A DNA stretch of 30,033 nt, from positions 1 to 30,033 of the forward strand of contig NIVC01004961.1 in assembly GCA_002269645.1 (NCBI GenBank). Direction: 5' to 3'. The notes beneath the pieces are model-generated. The model made no database searches. It had not been told where the DNA came from and saw only the letters and a program-made list of their open reading frames with translations. The position numbers and the translations under genes are program-made. Below, one piece after another: positions 11,071-23,222 of this stretch (positions are counted from its first letter, which is position 1; every line of letters starts with the position of its first letter). The stretch is from Macrostomum lignano. Lineage: Eukaryota.

Positions 11071-14000
11071 ATGCCTCCTACTAAAGAAACAGACGAATTA
11101 AAAGCAGCAGACCGGGCCGATGGCAGGTCGGATACCGCTGTCGCCGCCGCCTCAGCCGACGCATTGAATGTAACTAGCCGATGCAGCTCCAGCGTCACCT
11201 CAGCTAAGCCGTTGCTATTGGATACAGGCGCGTTCGGCGCTTTGCTAGCCTGCGGCTTTGACGAAGAGATTCGAATCTACAAACTGTCCGATGCGAGGCG
11301 GGCACAGCGCGGCGGCCAGGAGCCCAACGCTACCGCCTCCGCTGCCGGGTTTCTATGGCGCTGGCCGCGCTGGCAACGGCTGGCCGGCGTTCACCGGGCC
11401 GCCGTGCGCGACATTCAAGCGTCGCCAAACAGCGAAGTGCAGCTAGTCAGCTGCGGCATGGACGGCAGACTGGCTGTGTGGAATTATCCTACTGGCCAGG
11501 CCGTGTCCGTGATTGAGCTGGGCTGCCCTATTCTGCGCGTGCTGCCGCTGCTGTCTGCCGACCTCTCCGATGCTGATAATGACGCTCCCGCTTACTATTG
11601 CCTGTTGCCTAGCAACCGTCAGGGCAAGCAGGAGTACCGAGTGACGGCACTCAACAGCCAGGCTTTGAAGCAGAACAAGCCCGGGATGAAATTGATGGGC
11701 CGAGTGCTGCCCGACTGTCTATCGCTTGGCCAGAACGGCCGGTTCCTCGTGTCCGCCAATCGTGGCAATCTGCTAGTTTATCGGCCGTCTCGCCAACGCG
11801 TGTACAGCCATTTCGCCTGCGACGGCGCCCGATGCCGGGTAGTGTCCGTGGCCGCCCATCCGAGCCAACGTTCGGCCGCGGTCGGCCTGTCGAACGGTCG
11901 AATCTTGATTATGCACGGCCTGTTCACCTCCGGCCGGCCAGTGTCCACTCTGTTGCAGTGGCATTTTCGGCCAGTGTCCGGCCTGACCTACGCGTCCGAC
12001 GGTTGCGCCCTGTACAGCGGCGGGGAGGAGGCCGTCCTGGTGAAATGGGACACCAGCCCGGAGGCCGGCGAAGCGACCGGCAATCGAGCTTTCCTACCCC
12101 GCCTCGGCGCTAGAATTGTTGGCGCCGTCTGCGGACCGACCGGCCAGGCGGCTGCGGCGGCGGTCCTATCGGACAACAGCGTGCTTGTGCTAGACTCCAA
12201 TATGGGATTAGTCGGCGGGCTCAACGGCGGCGTGCTAGTCGGCGCAGACGATGACGGAGCTCCTGACGAGCAGCAGCAGCAGCAGCAGCTCGGCCTGCTG
12301 CGCGACCCGCTAACCGAGTGCGTTGCCATGCCAGGCCAAGCTGGCGTAGTTCAATTCTACTCTGTGTCCGAGCAGCGCCACCTCGGCTGTCTGGACGTGG
12401 CTAAGGCCAATTATACTGCGGTAGAATCGGCTGTGGTTTCCAAGGTAACGCCGGCCAGAGTTGAAGCGGCCGCGTTCTCCGACGCCGGCGCTTGGTTAGC
12501 AACGTTCGACCGGCGGGATGACGGGCGATACCCGCCGGAGCTGCGGCTTCGGCTGTGGCTGCGGCAGTGCCACCGGCCGCTGGTAAAATCCGAGGTCGGG
12601 GACGTCGACGGCGAGACCGACGCTCTCTTTGAGCGGCTGGCATTCAGCCAGTGCGGCGAAGAGCGACTCGCTCATTGCATTGTCGGCATGGCGTTTCAAC
12701 CGTGCGCAGGCGAGCGCAAGCTCGTTTGCTCGTTAAGCGACGGCAGCCTGGTGTGCTGGACTCGCCAGGAGCGGGTGCGGCATCTGGCCGAGCCTGGCCG
12801 ACACACCGACTTCGCCTCGTTCTGGACGGTGCGTGGCATCTCGGGATTGTGGGTCATGGAGTTTCAAAAGTCATGGTTAGTGGGACATGAACCTCCAATG
12901 GTCATAGTTAGTGGGTCATGGACCTTCGATGGTCATAGTTGGTCATGGAGATCTGATAGTCGTAGTTTGTAGATTATGAAATTACGAGTATAATTGATAT
13001 TGGCCGTGAAGTTTTTTATAATAGCAGATTGCTAGATCAACAAAACGTTTTTCGAAAGCATTGGGTTATTTTATTAGCTCGTATAGGGTAATGAATTTAT
13101 AATTGTGACTGATAGTGCTATCTACTTGTAATGAGTTGTGGTTATTATGCTATCCTACTTAAATGCTTAAATGCATTCCAGATAACTCGCACCTGGCGCC
13201 TGGGCCACGGTTTCACCGGCGGCCCATTAGCATTTGATCCTACCGGCCGCTACCTGCTCACCTGTCACCAATCGCAGGCCTGCGCAGCCGTTTGGAGCAC
13301 CTGCAATCTCGCCAGACCGCCGGCTTTGTTCCGCCTGTTCGATGGCGCCGCACAGACGGCCGGCAGTCAGCTGCTAGCATTCTGCTCGATGTGGGACAGC
13401 GGCCAATCGGTTGTCGTCTGCGGCCGGGACAGGCTGAGAGTTTGGGACCAGCAGAGTGGTCGCCGGCTAGCCGAGGCTCGCCTGACAGTGACATCGGCGG
13501 CCGAGGATCACAAGTCCGGCATGCTGATTCTGCTGTGCGCCGCTGAACAGGCCCTGCTAATGCTGCACAGCTGCGAGCCTGGCCAGCTCAGCCGGATTCG
13601 ACTCAACTGCCCCTCGGAGCCTGTCAATCTCTGCGTGACCGAGGACACGTTCGTGTTTATGACTCGCGATCGTCGACTGTTTGTATATCCCGAGCCTGCG
13701 GCGGCTGCCGTTGCGGCTTCGGTCGAAAACGAGGCGACAACGGCAGCGGCTGCGACTAAGGCGGAGCTGGAAGCCGAATCGGCCGCGGCGGCCTCGTTGC
13801 TAGGCAGGGTGTTCGGCCGGCGTCAGGCCGGCCTGCTAGGCGGCGCGCAGCTGGCCGATCCGGGCGCCGCTTTGGAGGCTCGCCTGCGCCTGTTCACCGA
13901 GTCGGACGCGTTCGCGGCGCCCAGTTTGGCGCGATTCATAGCCGGCAATCTGGAGCTGGTGCGGCGCCGCCTGCTGGCTGAGGACGGCCTGACTGGGGAG

Positions 14001-14647
14001 GGAGAGGAGCAGGCGGAACAGTTGGGAGACGGCTTCGTCAGGCGGGCTGGGGAGGCTTCGGCAAATCGGGGAAGAAGAGCAACGACGATGCCGAATCTGA
14101 GGAGGACGATGTCGAATTGTCGGCCCCGACGATGAAAAATGGCGATGCGGCCGAGCCGGAACTGTCCGAGGCGGTGTTCGACCGGGTTCTGTGCCACTGC
14201 CTGGCCAAATTCAGCAGTTCTGGCAGCCGTCTGCCCAGCCTGCGTCAGGTGCAACGTCGCCGGCGACAGAATCGGCGCCGACTACGCCGCGCCGCCGAGA
14301 AGATTGCCGTCGCCGCCGCTGCCGTTTCCAAGCCTGCAGTCCCAGCTGAACCCATCGCCCAGCCAGATGATGCGGACGAACTGAACCAATCGCAGCAGAA
14401 TATCGATACGGCCGACACCGAGTCTGATCTGATCGTCGTGTCGGCGACTATGGCCACGCCGCGTGCTGGCGGTAATGGCAGCGAAGACGAGGACGATGAT
14501 GAAGAAGACGACGCGTCTGTCCAGCGTCACAGGCCGGCGAAACGACACGCCAACGGTGAACTGGCCGTGGACCTCGACGAGGAGTCGTCCTGCAGCGGCC
14601 GATCGTCGGTTAACAAGCGGAGCCGGCGTAGAAAAATTGCTGCTTGA
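11071..14647 (+). CDS. WDR75: WD repeat-containing protein 75 (UTP17/NAN1, SSU processome t-UTP subunit); 2 exons, one frame break near the C-terminus
   Basis: Exon 1 11071-12828 (GT at 12829), exon 2 from 13182 (ttccag|), phase 0. Motifs HRAAVRDIQASPNSEVQLVSCGMDGRLAVWNY, LQWHFRPVSGLTYASDGCALYSGGEEAVLVKW and RAFLPRLG match WDR75/Utp17 as I recall it. Main frame stops at 14135; the acidic/basic tail is in the -1 frame (13982-14647). Start codon inferred. Confidence 0.85.
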
Positions 14648-14880
14648 ACGTGAATGAACCTATGACCTTTATTGACCTGGCACGATTTTGCTGTCTGTTT
14701 GTTATTGTCGGCACGTCATACGACATTTCTCTGCGCTAGATTCGCTCACTGATGAATCATTGCGGATTGGACAAAAATTAAATCGGTATGATAATTGAGC
14801 GGGAAAAACAGAAGCAACCGCTCTCGAATCATGCGTACTCTCTTTGGCCCTCAATTTCTGTCGGCATTTAGCATTGGAAT

Positions 14881-14886
14881 AATAAA
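14881..14886 (+). promoter_or_regulatory. Candidate polyadenylation signal for WDR75
   Basis: AATAAA about 235 nt after the stop, followed by T-rich sequence. Confidence 0.45.
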
Positions 14887-15846
14887 ATCGCTGCTGCGTT
14901 TCAATTGTCTTCTCTGTTTTTATTTTTTAAGGGTTTGACATCTCATAGTTTGTTTTAGGTTAGAGCACAGATGCTAAAATAACTTTATGGGCCACTCGGG
15001 CATATATAATCAGTAAAACAACTTTCTACTTTTCAGTTCAGTAGCGAAGAAGAATACATAAGCTATTTTATAAAACATAGACAGCTGAAACGACTCTGAT
15101 AAGTTTAGAAGCCCAAAGCTTGCAGGCGTAATCAGCTTGCTAATTGGTTCAGCAATAATGTACATTAGCCAGTCCACTGAAATGTACATGGCAGCTTTAG
15201 GCTGGAATTCCGAGAACGGCAAAAAATTGGGGTGGGGCGGGGGTAGTGTGGAAAGGCGCGGTTGGAGGGTTTAAGCTTGTGGTAAGAGCCTTGTCTTTAA
15301 TAATACATTAAAATGCTTCTGTTAAACTTATTACTAACAGTAGCTTACACGCAAATGTGCTGAGTGGCCCATCTAGTTATTCTAGTATTTGTGAGTTAGT
15401 GGCAGTTTATAGGTTCACTTGGATTGGAATATTTCGCTTTATAGATTGTTTTTCGCTACATATCGTTAATTCTAGTTACACCAATGAGGTTAATAACTGA
15501 ATGAAGGTATTCCAGATTTGGACAGAATTTTCCTCTTTTCATCTTGTTGAATATTTGAGCTGAGTTTTACGCCGAGGCGTTGATCGAATGTCGAATTTTT
15601 CATTTTCGCAACCTTAGTTAGCTTTTCTCGCTTCAACTGACTAAGCTGTCAGCCTTAAACAATTAGCTCCCTTCCCTGCCTCAAACAAGAGTTCGAATTG
15701 ACAAATGTAGTTTTTTTGTTAATCTACACTGTTTCAGGCGACAGATTTCAATCAATAAGCCGATAATGAGCTACATATACTACTAATATGCACTAGCCTC
15801 GGTTCAATCTAACAAATAAAAAGTAGCACAATCTGAACTGTCAAGA

Positions 15847-18800
15847 ATGAGAGTGCCAGCCGTGCAGCACAGTGGACAGCCAGTTGCTGGTCAGAGATCG
15901 GATGTTCAATGCATATTTTATTGCATATTCCATCACGAGGCTGGGCCCAAAATCGAGGTGCAAGAGCCGGCGATTTCATAGTGAAGGAAAGCTTTGACAA
16001 GGTCAGCCGCTATCTGATTACTAAGACGGATTTTGACAATCGATTCATCTGGTTAGACGCGTTTGGATCCCGGATTATGGGCTGTGCTCAGTGCATCGAG
16101 GATAAGCGGTATAAACGGAACGCTATGCACTTTAACATCGGCCTGGTTATCAGTATGGACTGTCAGGTTGGAATCTGCACTATTGCTATGCCTTTTGTCT
16201 TTTGGTTTGAAAAGTTCTGTTTGGACCACTGATACTAGAATAACCAGATAATTAAATTTGTGAAAAAATCGGAGCATCTACTTTTTCAGTAGTTTGTGCG
16301 CAGTGTCATTTCAAAATTAAATTTGGCAACTAAAATTTCCTTTCCTTCTTTGGAAGCATATGTGATTAATAAATGAACAACAGACATTTAACTCCATGTA
16401 CACAAGTGAACGCAACACAAACGAAACTCATCCTAAGGGGCAGGCCCAATCTAGCTCAGCCAATGAGAGAGCAGTAAAAAGAGAGATCAAAGTCAGACAG
16501 ACGTAACTCAGCGTGGGGGGCAGGCTTAATCTAGCTCAGCCAATGAGAGAGCAGTAAGGAGAGAGACCAAAGTCAGACAGACGTAACTCAGCGTGGGGGG
16601 CAGGCTTAATCTAGCTCAGCCAATGAGAGAGCAGTAAGGAGAGAGACCAAAGTCAGACGCAAGCAGGCAGGATGATTTTTCAACGAGCCAACGGTTACCC
16701 CTACAAATACAAAAAAAGTTAAATTAAGAGACCTCCTACTAACAAAAGTAACAAAAATAATTAAAATTGAATCTCTTGTGCGTGCACAAATGGTTTCTAA
16801 TACAAGAGAGGGCTCGGGGATCGGCAACTCCGCTATCTATCCGACCCTCTGGTCCATTGAAACTTCGTGGTAATAGCAATCCGTTAGGGTTTATGCCGAT
16901 TCTACTGTCAACTCTCCACTCACGACTTCACTCTTATCTACTTTCCTTTCTTGTCTTCCTTCTCATTTCTTCTCTGATCTGGGCCGCATCCTTGTGATGG
17001 ATTCCTTATCTGGCCCGTTTATCGACCCCTGGTCTAGCTGAAGTTGCTACTATTAGCAGTATGTTAAACCCTTTTTGTTCACCCGTAGGTGCCAGTCAAA
17101 TACGAGCTGATTGTGAGAAAGCTTGGCCGCTACTTTCACAGCCTGGAGGTTGAGACCGCATTCCTATCCGACCCGGACGCCCAGACCAAACTGCTTCCTG
17201 TACTGACCAGCATTCGAGCCAGTCTTAACGGGCCCGGCTCCTGCAAGCTGCAGGTGTTGCCAGGCAGATCTTTGGAGCTCTTTCTGAAACCGGCCGCGCC
17301 TTTAGAGGCCGCCGCAATGCCGCAGGATTTTGAGGTTTGTTTATCTGCCTTGCTGATCGATTGCTACTTATTTAAATGCCATATTAATACTGTTTACCAA
17401 CTACTGGTCCCTGTGTGTCACTAATTATCTAGTACTGTTCTCTTAAATGTCAACTACTGTGACGAATTGATTGCACCAATGTCTGCTTCCTGAAGCTGTC
17501 ACCAGCATCTGACACTATCATCTGTCACCAGCATCTATCACCATCATCTGTCACCAGCATCTATCACCATCATCTGTCACCATCATCTGTCACCAGCATC
17601 TGTCACCATCATCTGTCACCAGCATCTGTCACCATAACAACAACAACAACAGAGTACGCTGCCAGATCACAAAAGCAGCGTCAGATGGCGCGCTTCAAAG
17701 CTTGGGCGCGAACAAAAGCCGCACCGCCGGCAGAGTCCGGGGCGCCGGCGTCAGCCAGCAGACAGTCGACGTAGCGCCGAGTCCTCGCCTGTCCCCGCCG
17801 GTAGGGTGCCTGCAACGTAAGTAGCAGCACCTCCTGCACCGGCTCCGGGCAGTAGGCCTCGGCGCGGATGACGTGGCCTGCCAGCTGGAGTCGCCGACGG
17901 CGCAGCAGATCGCTAGGACGGGCCAGGCCGGCGCGATGATAGAGCGCCGTGTTGGTGACTCGCTCGTTGCCGATCTTGAAGGCGGCGCGCAGCAGGCCAG
18001 CGTGCGCCGCGTCGACTTGAGCCTCGAGCGAGTCTGTCAGCGTCCAGTTCTCGGCGTTGTATAACAGGACGGTCTCGATCACCGCCTGGAACAGCGCCGC
18101 CCTCTGGCGGTCCGGTAGGGCCTCGGACTGCAGGACTGACCTTATAGAACGAAAGGCAGCCCAAGCAAGTCCTCGGCGACGCCGCAGATCCTCGCGGACG
18201 TCGGGAACCAGACCGCCGAGGTAGACGAACTGCTGACATCTTGGAAGCTCACTCGCCTGTCCGTCAGCGCCTCGGCAGAAGATTGCAGCCTCGGTGTCGT
18301 CCGGCACGCATAGCACGACGGTCTTCTGCGTGTTGACCACCAGGCCGACGCTCGCCGCAACGGCAACCAGCCTATCCAGCTGTCGTTGGGCGCCCTCGAC
18401 GGTCGAGGACAGCAGGGCGAGGTCATCGGCGTAGCCAAGCACGCTGAGCCGTCTCTCCGGTTGGCGTCGACCCACGCGTCGCCGCAGCAGGAAGCCGTCG
18501 TCGTTGGAAGGCAGAGCAGTCCGTAGCACCCAGTCAAGCACCAGAATAAACGGCGCTAGCGTATCTCCCTGGAGCACCCCGGAGGATGTCTCGAAGAAAT
18601 CCGATAGGCCGTCTGGTGTTGAGACAGCAGCCGTCGTGCCGTGGTACAGCGCCATGACAGCAGAAATCAGCAGCTCTGGCACGTTGTACGCACGGAGCAC
18701 CTCTGGGAGCGCGTCCCTCACGACCGAGTCGAAAGCCTTCCTGAAATCGACGAAGATCAGGATCAGGGTCAACTGGCGGATGCGCGCCTCCTCGATGACT

Positions 18801-21788
18801 CGTCGAAGAGCCAGGATCTGCGTCACTGTGCCGCGATGGGGCCGGAATCCGTTCTGCTCAGGTCGCAGGTACGGGTCCAGCACAGGCTGTAACCGCGATA
18901 GCAGCATGCGGTTGAACAGCTTCGCGGCGCAGGACTCACCATCGTCGCCATCGACAGATCCCCGACAGATCCCGAGTCCCGACAGATCCCCGACAGATCA
19001 CCATCGACAGATGTCACCATCATCTGTCACCAGCATCTGTCATCAGCATCTGTCACCAGCATCTGTCACCAGCATCTGTCACCAGCATCTGTCACCATCA
19101 TCTGTCACCATCATCTGTCACCAGCATCTATCACCATCATCTGTCACCATCATCTGTCACCAGCATCTGTCACCATCATCTGTCACCAGCATCTGTCATC
19201 AGCATCTGTCACCATCATCTGTCACCAGCATCTGACACTATCATCTGTCACCATCATCTGTCAGTCACCATCATCTGTCACCAGCATCTGTCATCAGCAT
19301 CTGTCACTATCATCTGTCACCAGCATCTATCACCATCATCTGTCACCATCATCTGTCACCAGCATCTGTCACCATCATCTGTCACCAGCATCTGTCACCA
19401 TCATCTGTCACCAGCATCTGTCATCAGCATCTGTCACCAGCATCTGTCACCAGCATCTGTCACCATCATCTGTCACCATCATCTGTCACCAGCATCTATC
19501 ACCATCATCTGTCACCATCATCTGTCACCAGCATCTGTCACCAGCATCTGTCACCAGCATCTGTCACCATCATCTGTCACCAGCATCTGTCATCAGCATC
19601 TGTCACCATCATCTGTCACCAGCATCTGACACTATCATCTGTCACCATCATCTGTCAGTCACCATCATCTGTCACCAGCATCTGTCATCAGCATCTGTCA
19701 CTATCATCTGTCAACAGCATCTGTCACCAGCATCTGTCACCAACATCTGTCACCATCATCTGTCACCAGCATCTGTCATCAGCATCTGTCACCAACATCT
19801 GTCACCATCATCTGTCACCAGCATCTGTCATCAGCATCTGTCACTAGCATCTGTCACCAGCATCTGTCATCAGCATCTGTCACTATCATCTGTCAACAGC
19901 ATCTGTCACCAGCATCTGTCACCAACATCTGTCACCAGCATCTGTCACCATCATCTGTCACCATCATCTGTCACCAGCATCTGTCACCAGCATCTGTCAC
20001 CATCATCTGTCATCATCATCTGTCACCATCATTTGTCACCATCATCTGTCACTAGCATCTGTCACCAACATCTGCCACCAGCATCTGTCACCATCATCTG
20101 TCACCATCATCTGTCACCAGCATCTGTCACCATCATCTGTCACCAACATCTGCCACCAGCATCTGTCACCATCATCTGTCACCATCATCTGTCACCAGCA
20201 TCTGTCACCAGCATCTGTCACCAGCATCTGTCACCATCATCTGTCACCAGCATCTGTCACCATCATCTGTCACCAGCATCTGTCATCAGCATCTGTCACC
20301 AGCATCTGTCACCAGCATCTGTCACCATCATCTGTCACCATCATCTGTCACCAGATCTGTCATCTGTCACCATCATCTGTCAGTCACCATCATCTGTCAC
20401 CAGCATCTGTCACCATCATCTGTCAGTCACCATCATCTGTCACCAGCATCTGTCACCATCATCTGTCACCAGCATCTGTCACTATTATCTGTCACCATCA
20501 TCTGTCACCAGCATCTGTCACCATCATCTGTCACAGCATCTGTCACCAGCATCTGTCACTAGCATCTGTCACCAACATCTGCCACCAGCATCTGTCACCA
20601 TCATCTGTCACCAGCATCTGTCACCAGCATCTGTCACCATCATCTGTCACCAACATCTGCCACCAGCATCTGTCACCATCATCTGTCACCATCATCTGTC
20701 ATCATCATCTGTCACCAGCATCAAACATCAGCATCTGTCACCGATTCAATCCGGCAGGTGCCAGTTCTGGTTGGCCGGTCTCCGCCAGTCAAGACAGACA
20801 TTGTCACCAGCCTAATCCTGCCCTACATTGACGGAGTCTCGCACGTCGCTAAAATAGCCTGCATGGCCGACGTAGACAAGAGCATAGTGAAAACCTGCCT
20901 GCAGAATCTCTGCAGCCTGCACGCTGTCAGATTCCTGCCGCTGACCCTGTACTCTGACTCTTACGCCTGTCTGACCGGACTGCATAGGCTCGTGTCCGAT
21001 CCCAGACTGGGCCAGCTCTGCCAGGAAGCTGTCACACTGTCTAACAAGGTGATGCTCGCAATTCATCTGCGCTCTACACCCGGGTATCTAGAGATCTCCA
21101 GCGAATCATATCCCATCTCTATAGAATCCTATTTCATCTCTGTAGAATCCGTTTTCATCTCTATTGAATCTGATCCCATCTCTATAGAAACCGATCCCAT
21201 CTCTATAGAATAATATCCCATCTCTATAGAATCTGATCCCATCTCTATAGAATCTGATCGCATCTCTATAGAATCCTATCCATCTCTATAGAATCCCATC
21301 TTATCTCTATAGAATCTGCCCCTATCTCTTGAGAATCTGTCCCCTATCTCTAGAGAATCGATAGGCACATGTCTAGAGGATGTCTACTCATCCTCAATCG
21401 CCCACCACCCCGCTCCCGAACGCAGGAGCGAACGCCCAGCATCGGGCGGCTGTTCCGCTTATTCTCGTGCATGTCGCCGGGCTCCACTCTGAAAGACCTG
21501 CTGACCCTGCACAGCGGCCTGGCAGCGAATGTAGACGTGCTCAGATTAGTGCAGTTCGGCCTGCTGCACTGCCTAATCCGGCGGGTTAGCGCCTATCCGG
21601 TTCGGCTGCACTGGAGTCAAACCGGATCGGCTGACTGCTCTGTCGGGCTAAGAGGAACCGACCAGCTGAACCGGCTGCTAGACGGATACCGGTCTATGGA
21701 TGAGATCTGCGCCAGCACGGGACTGAGCCGGCAGATGGTTGAAGAACGACTAGAACGGGATTCACTTGTGGTGGTTATAAGACGTTGA
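15847..21788 (+). CDS. NPRL2: GATOR1 subunit NPRL2 (nitrogen permease regulator 2-like); 4 exons, 1-nt frame break in exon 1
   Basis: Exons 15847-16166, 17089-17334, 20758-21048, 21426-21788; all GT-AG, phase 0. Joined protein: VQCIFYCIFHHEAGPKIEVQEP/DFIVKESFDKVSRYLITK..IMGCAQCIEDKRYKRNAMHFNIGLV..YELIVRKLGRYFHSLEVE..DFE|VPVL..ILPYIDGVSHVAKI..RLVQFGLLHCLIRRVSAYPV..SMDEICASTGLS..ERLERD, colinear with NPRL2 from end to end. Confidence 0.93.
16441..16658 (+). repeat. 80-bp tandem repeat x~2.7 in NPRL2 intron 1
   Basis: CAGGCTTAATCTAGCTCAGCCAATGAGAGAGCAGTAA.. recurs at 16441, 16521 and 16601. Confidence 0.92.
17495..17635 (+). repeat. Left arm of 13-bp satellite CATCTGTCAC(CAG/CAT)
   Basis: About 10 units, same family as 19013-20742. 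Confidence 0.95.
17636..18937 (-). mobile_element. 5'-truncated non-LTR retrotransposon, RTE-clade-like, antisense in NPRL2 intron 2
   Basis: Uninterrupted frame 18937-17681 with RT motifs EQNGFRPHRGT, FVDFRKAFDSV, GVLQGDTLAP, GYADDLALL, FVYLG and the C-terminal RRRRLQLAGHVIR; 3' UTR stem-loop ACGCTGC-12nt-GCAGCGT (17656-17681); (GTT)5 tail at 17650-17636. Confidence 0.93.
19013..20742 (+). repeat. 13-bp satellite CATCTGTCAC(CAG/CAT), about 130 units
   Basis: Seen directly; ends about 15 nt before the NPRL2 exon 3 acceptor (20756-20757). Confidence 0.99.
21085..21375 (+). repeat. ~20-bp minisatellite with palindromic core TCTATAGA (CCCATCTCTATAGAATC..) in NPRL2 intron 3
   Basis: About 14 imperfect copies. 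Confidence 0.92.
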
Positions 21789-22445
21789 GTAGCTTTTATT
21801 GCATTGCTTGCCATTGATTTGATACATCTGCCAATAGCTGTTGGCGCAGTCAGGTTGTCTATGGTTAGAAGCATCAAGCTCGAAATGAGTAGCTATAGAC
21901 TGTAAATTCGATATGATGCAATCGTATATATTACTGACATAACTGCTGAGAGTAGCTGGTCGTAGAAATCTTGTGGTTAAAAAAATGTCTACGGCAAAGC
22001 CCACTATTTTTCGACAAAGATATACTACTAATTAAGTAGTTAATTTAGGCATTTTAATAAGAAATCGAGTTTCGATATCTCTATATTAAAATATATGCCT
22101 GTGGATCTCTGTTTGTGCATTGTTCTGCGGACTTCTGAGGAAGCTTTTAATGTTGCTTTTAATATTCAATGATGTACACTATAGTTTGACAGTAATTCGA
22201 TATAAGTCATCGATGATTTATTGTGTCTCTTAGTTTTATCTTATAAGAATTAACTTTGTACTCTTAAGTAAGCACTTGTACTGCACTGCGTGACGCAGTC
22301 AAATTAGATTACAGATAAAAAATATAACTGAAGTGTTCTCAATCTGCTCACTTGTGCTTTCAATTTGATGAACAAGCATTAATGTTAGTTGCCTTCTTTT
22401 TGTCTTGATTTTTGATATTTTTACATATTTTTATCATACTCGTAT

Positions 22446-23140
22446 TAGCCCAGATCAGCGCCTTTGCCCCCCCCCCACTAATGTACAAATATAGCCCTGA
22501 TCGGATCTAATTGGCTGGCGCCTCCCCCATCCCCACTAATGTATAATATAGCCCTGATCGGATCTAATTGGCTGGCGCCTCCCCCATCCCCACTAATGTA
22601 CAAATATAGCCCTGATCCTATTTAATTAGCTGGCGCCTCTGCCCCCCCACTAATGTACAAATATAGCCCTGATCGGATCTAATTGGCTGGCGCCTCCCCA
22701 TCCCCACTAATGTACAAATGTAGCCCTGATCCTATTTAATTAGCTGGCGCCTCTGCCCCCCCACTAATGTACAAATATAGCCCTGATCGGATCTAATTGG
22801 CTGGCGCCTCCCCATCCCCACTAATGTACAAATGTAGCCCTGATCCTATTTAATTAGCTGGCGCCTCTGCCCCCCCCACTAATGTACAAATATAGCCCTG
22901 ATCGGATCTAATTGGCTGGCGCCTCCCCCATCCCCACTAATGTATAAATATAGCCCTGATCCTATTTAATTAGCTGGCGCCCCTCCCCCACCCCCAGTAA
23001 TGTACTAAATACGAGTATAGCCCTGATCCAATTTAATATAGCTGGCGCCTCCCCCACCCCCACTAATGTACAAATATAGCCCTGATCGGATCTAATTGGC
23101 TGGCGCCTCCCCCATCCCCACTAATGCACATATATAGCCC
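22446..23140 (+). repeat. ~57-59-bp tandem repeat with two alternating variants, between NPRL2 and CISD3
   Basis: CCACTAATGTACAAATATAGCCCTGATC-(GGATCTAATTG or CTATTTAATTA)-GCTGGCGCCTC.., about 11-12 copies. Confidence 0.97.
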
Positions 23141-23222
23141 AAGTCTTCACTTTTTAGCTTAACTGTCAATGCTTGTAGCCTTTAGGTGCCCGCTTGATTA
23201 ACTGCTAATTCTATCCCAACAG

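Noticed and set aside
14040-14135. Programmed -1 ribosomal frameshift in WDR75 or NPRL2
   Set aside because: No XXXYYYZ slippery site in the overlap regions; an indel or intron is simpler.
13823-14548. Antisense ORFs over WDR75 (also 11988-12329) and over the RTE (18504-19235)
   Set aside because: Expected shadow frames of GC-rich coding sequence.
20033-20815. 260-aa SPSSVTSICHQHL ORF
   Set aside because: Translation of the 13-bp intronic satellite; lies in NPRL2 intron 2 and has no ATG start.
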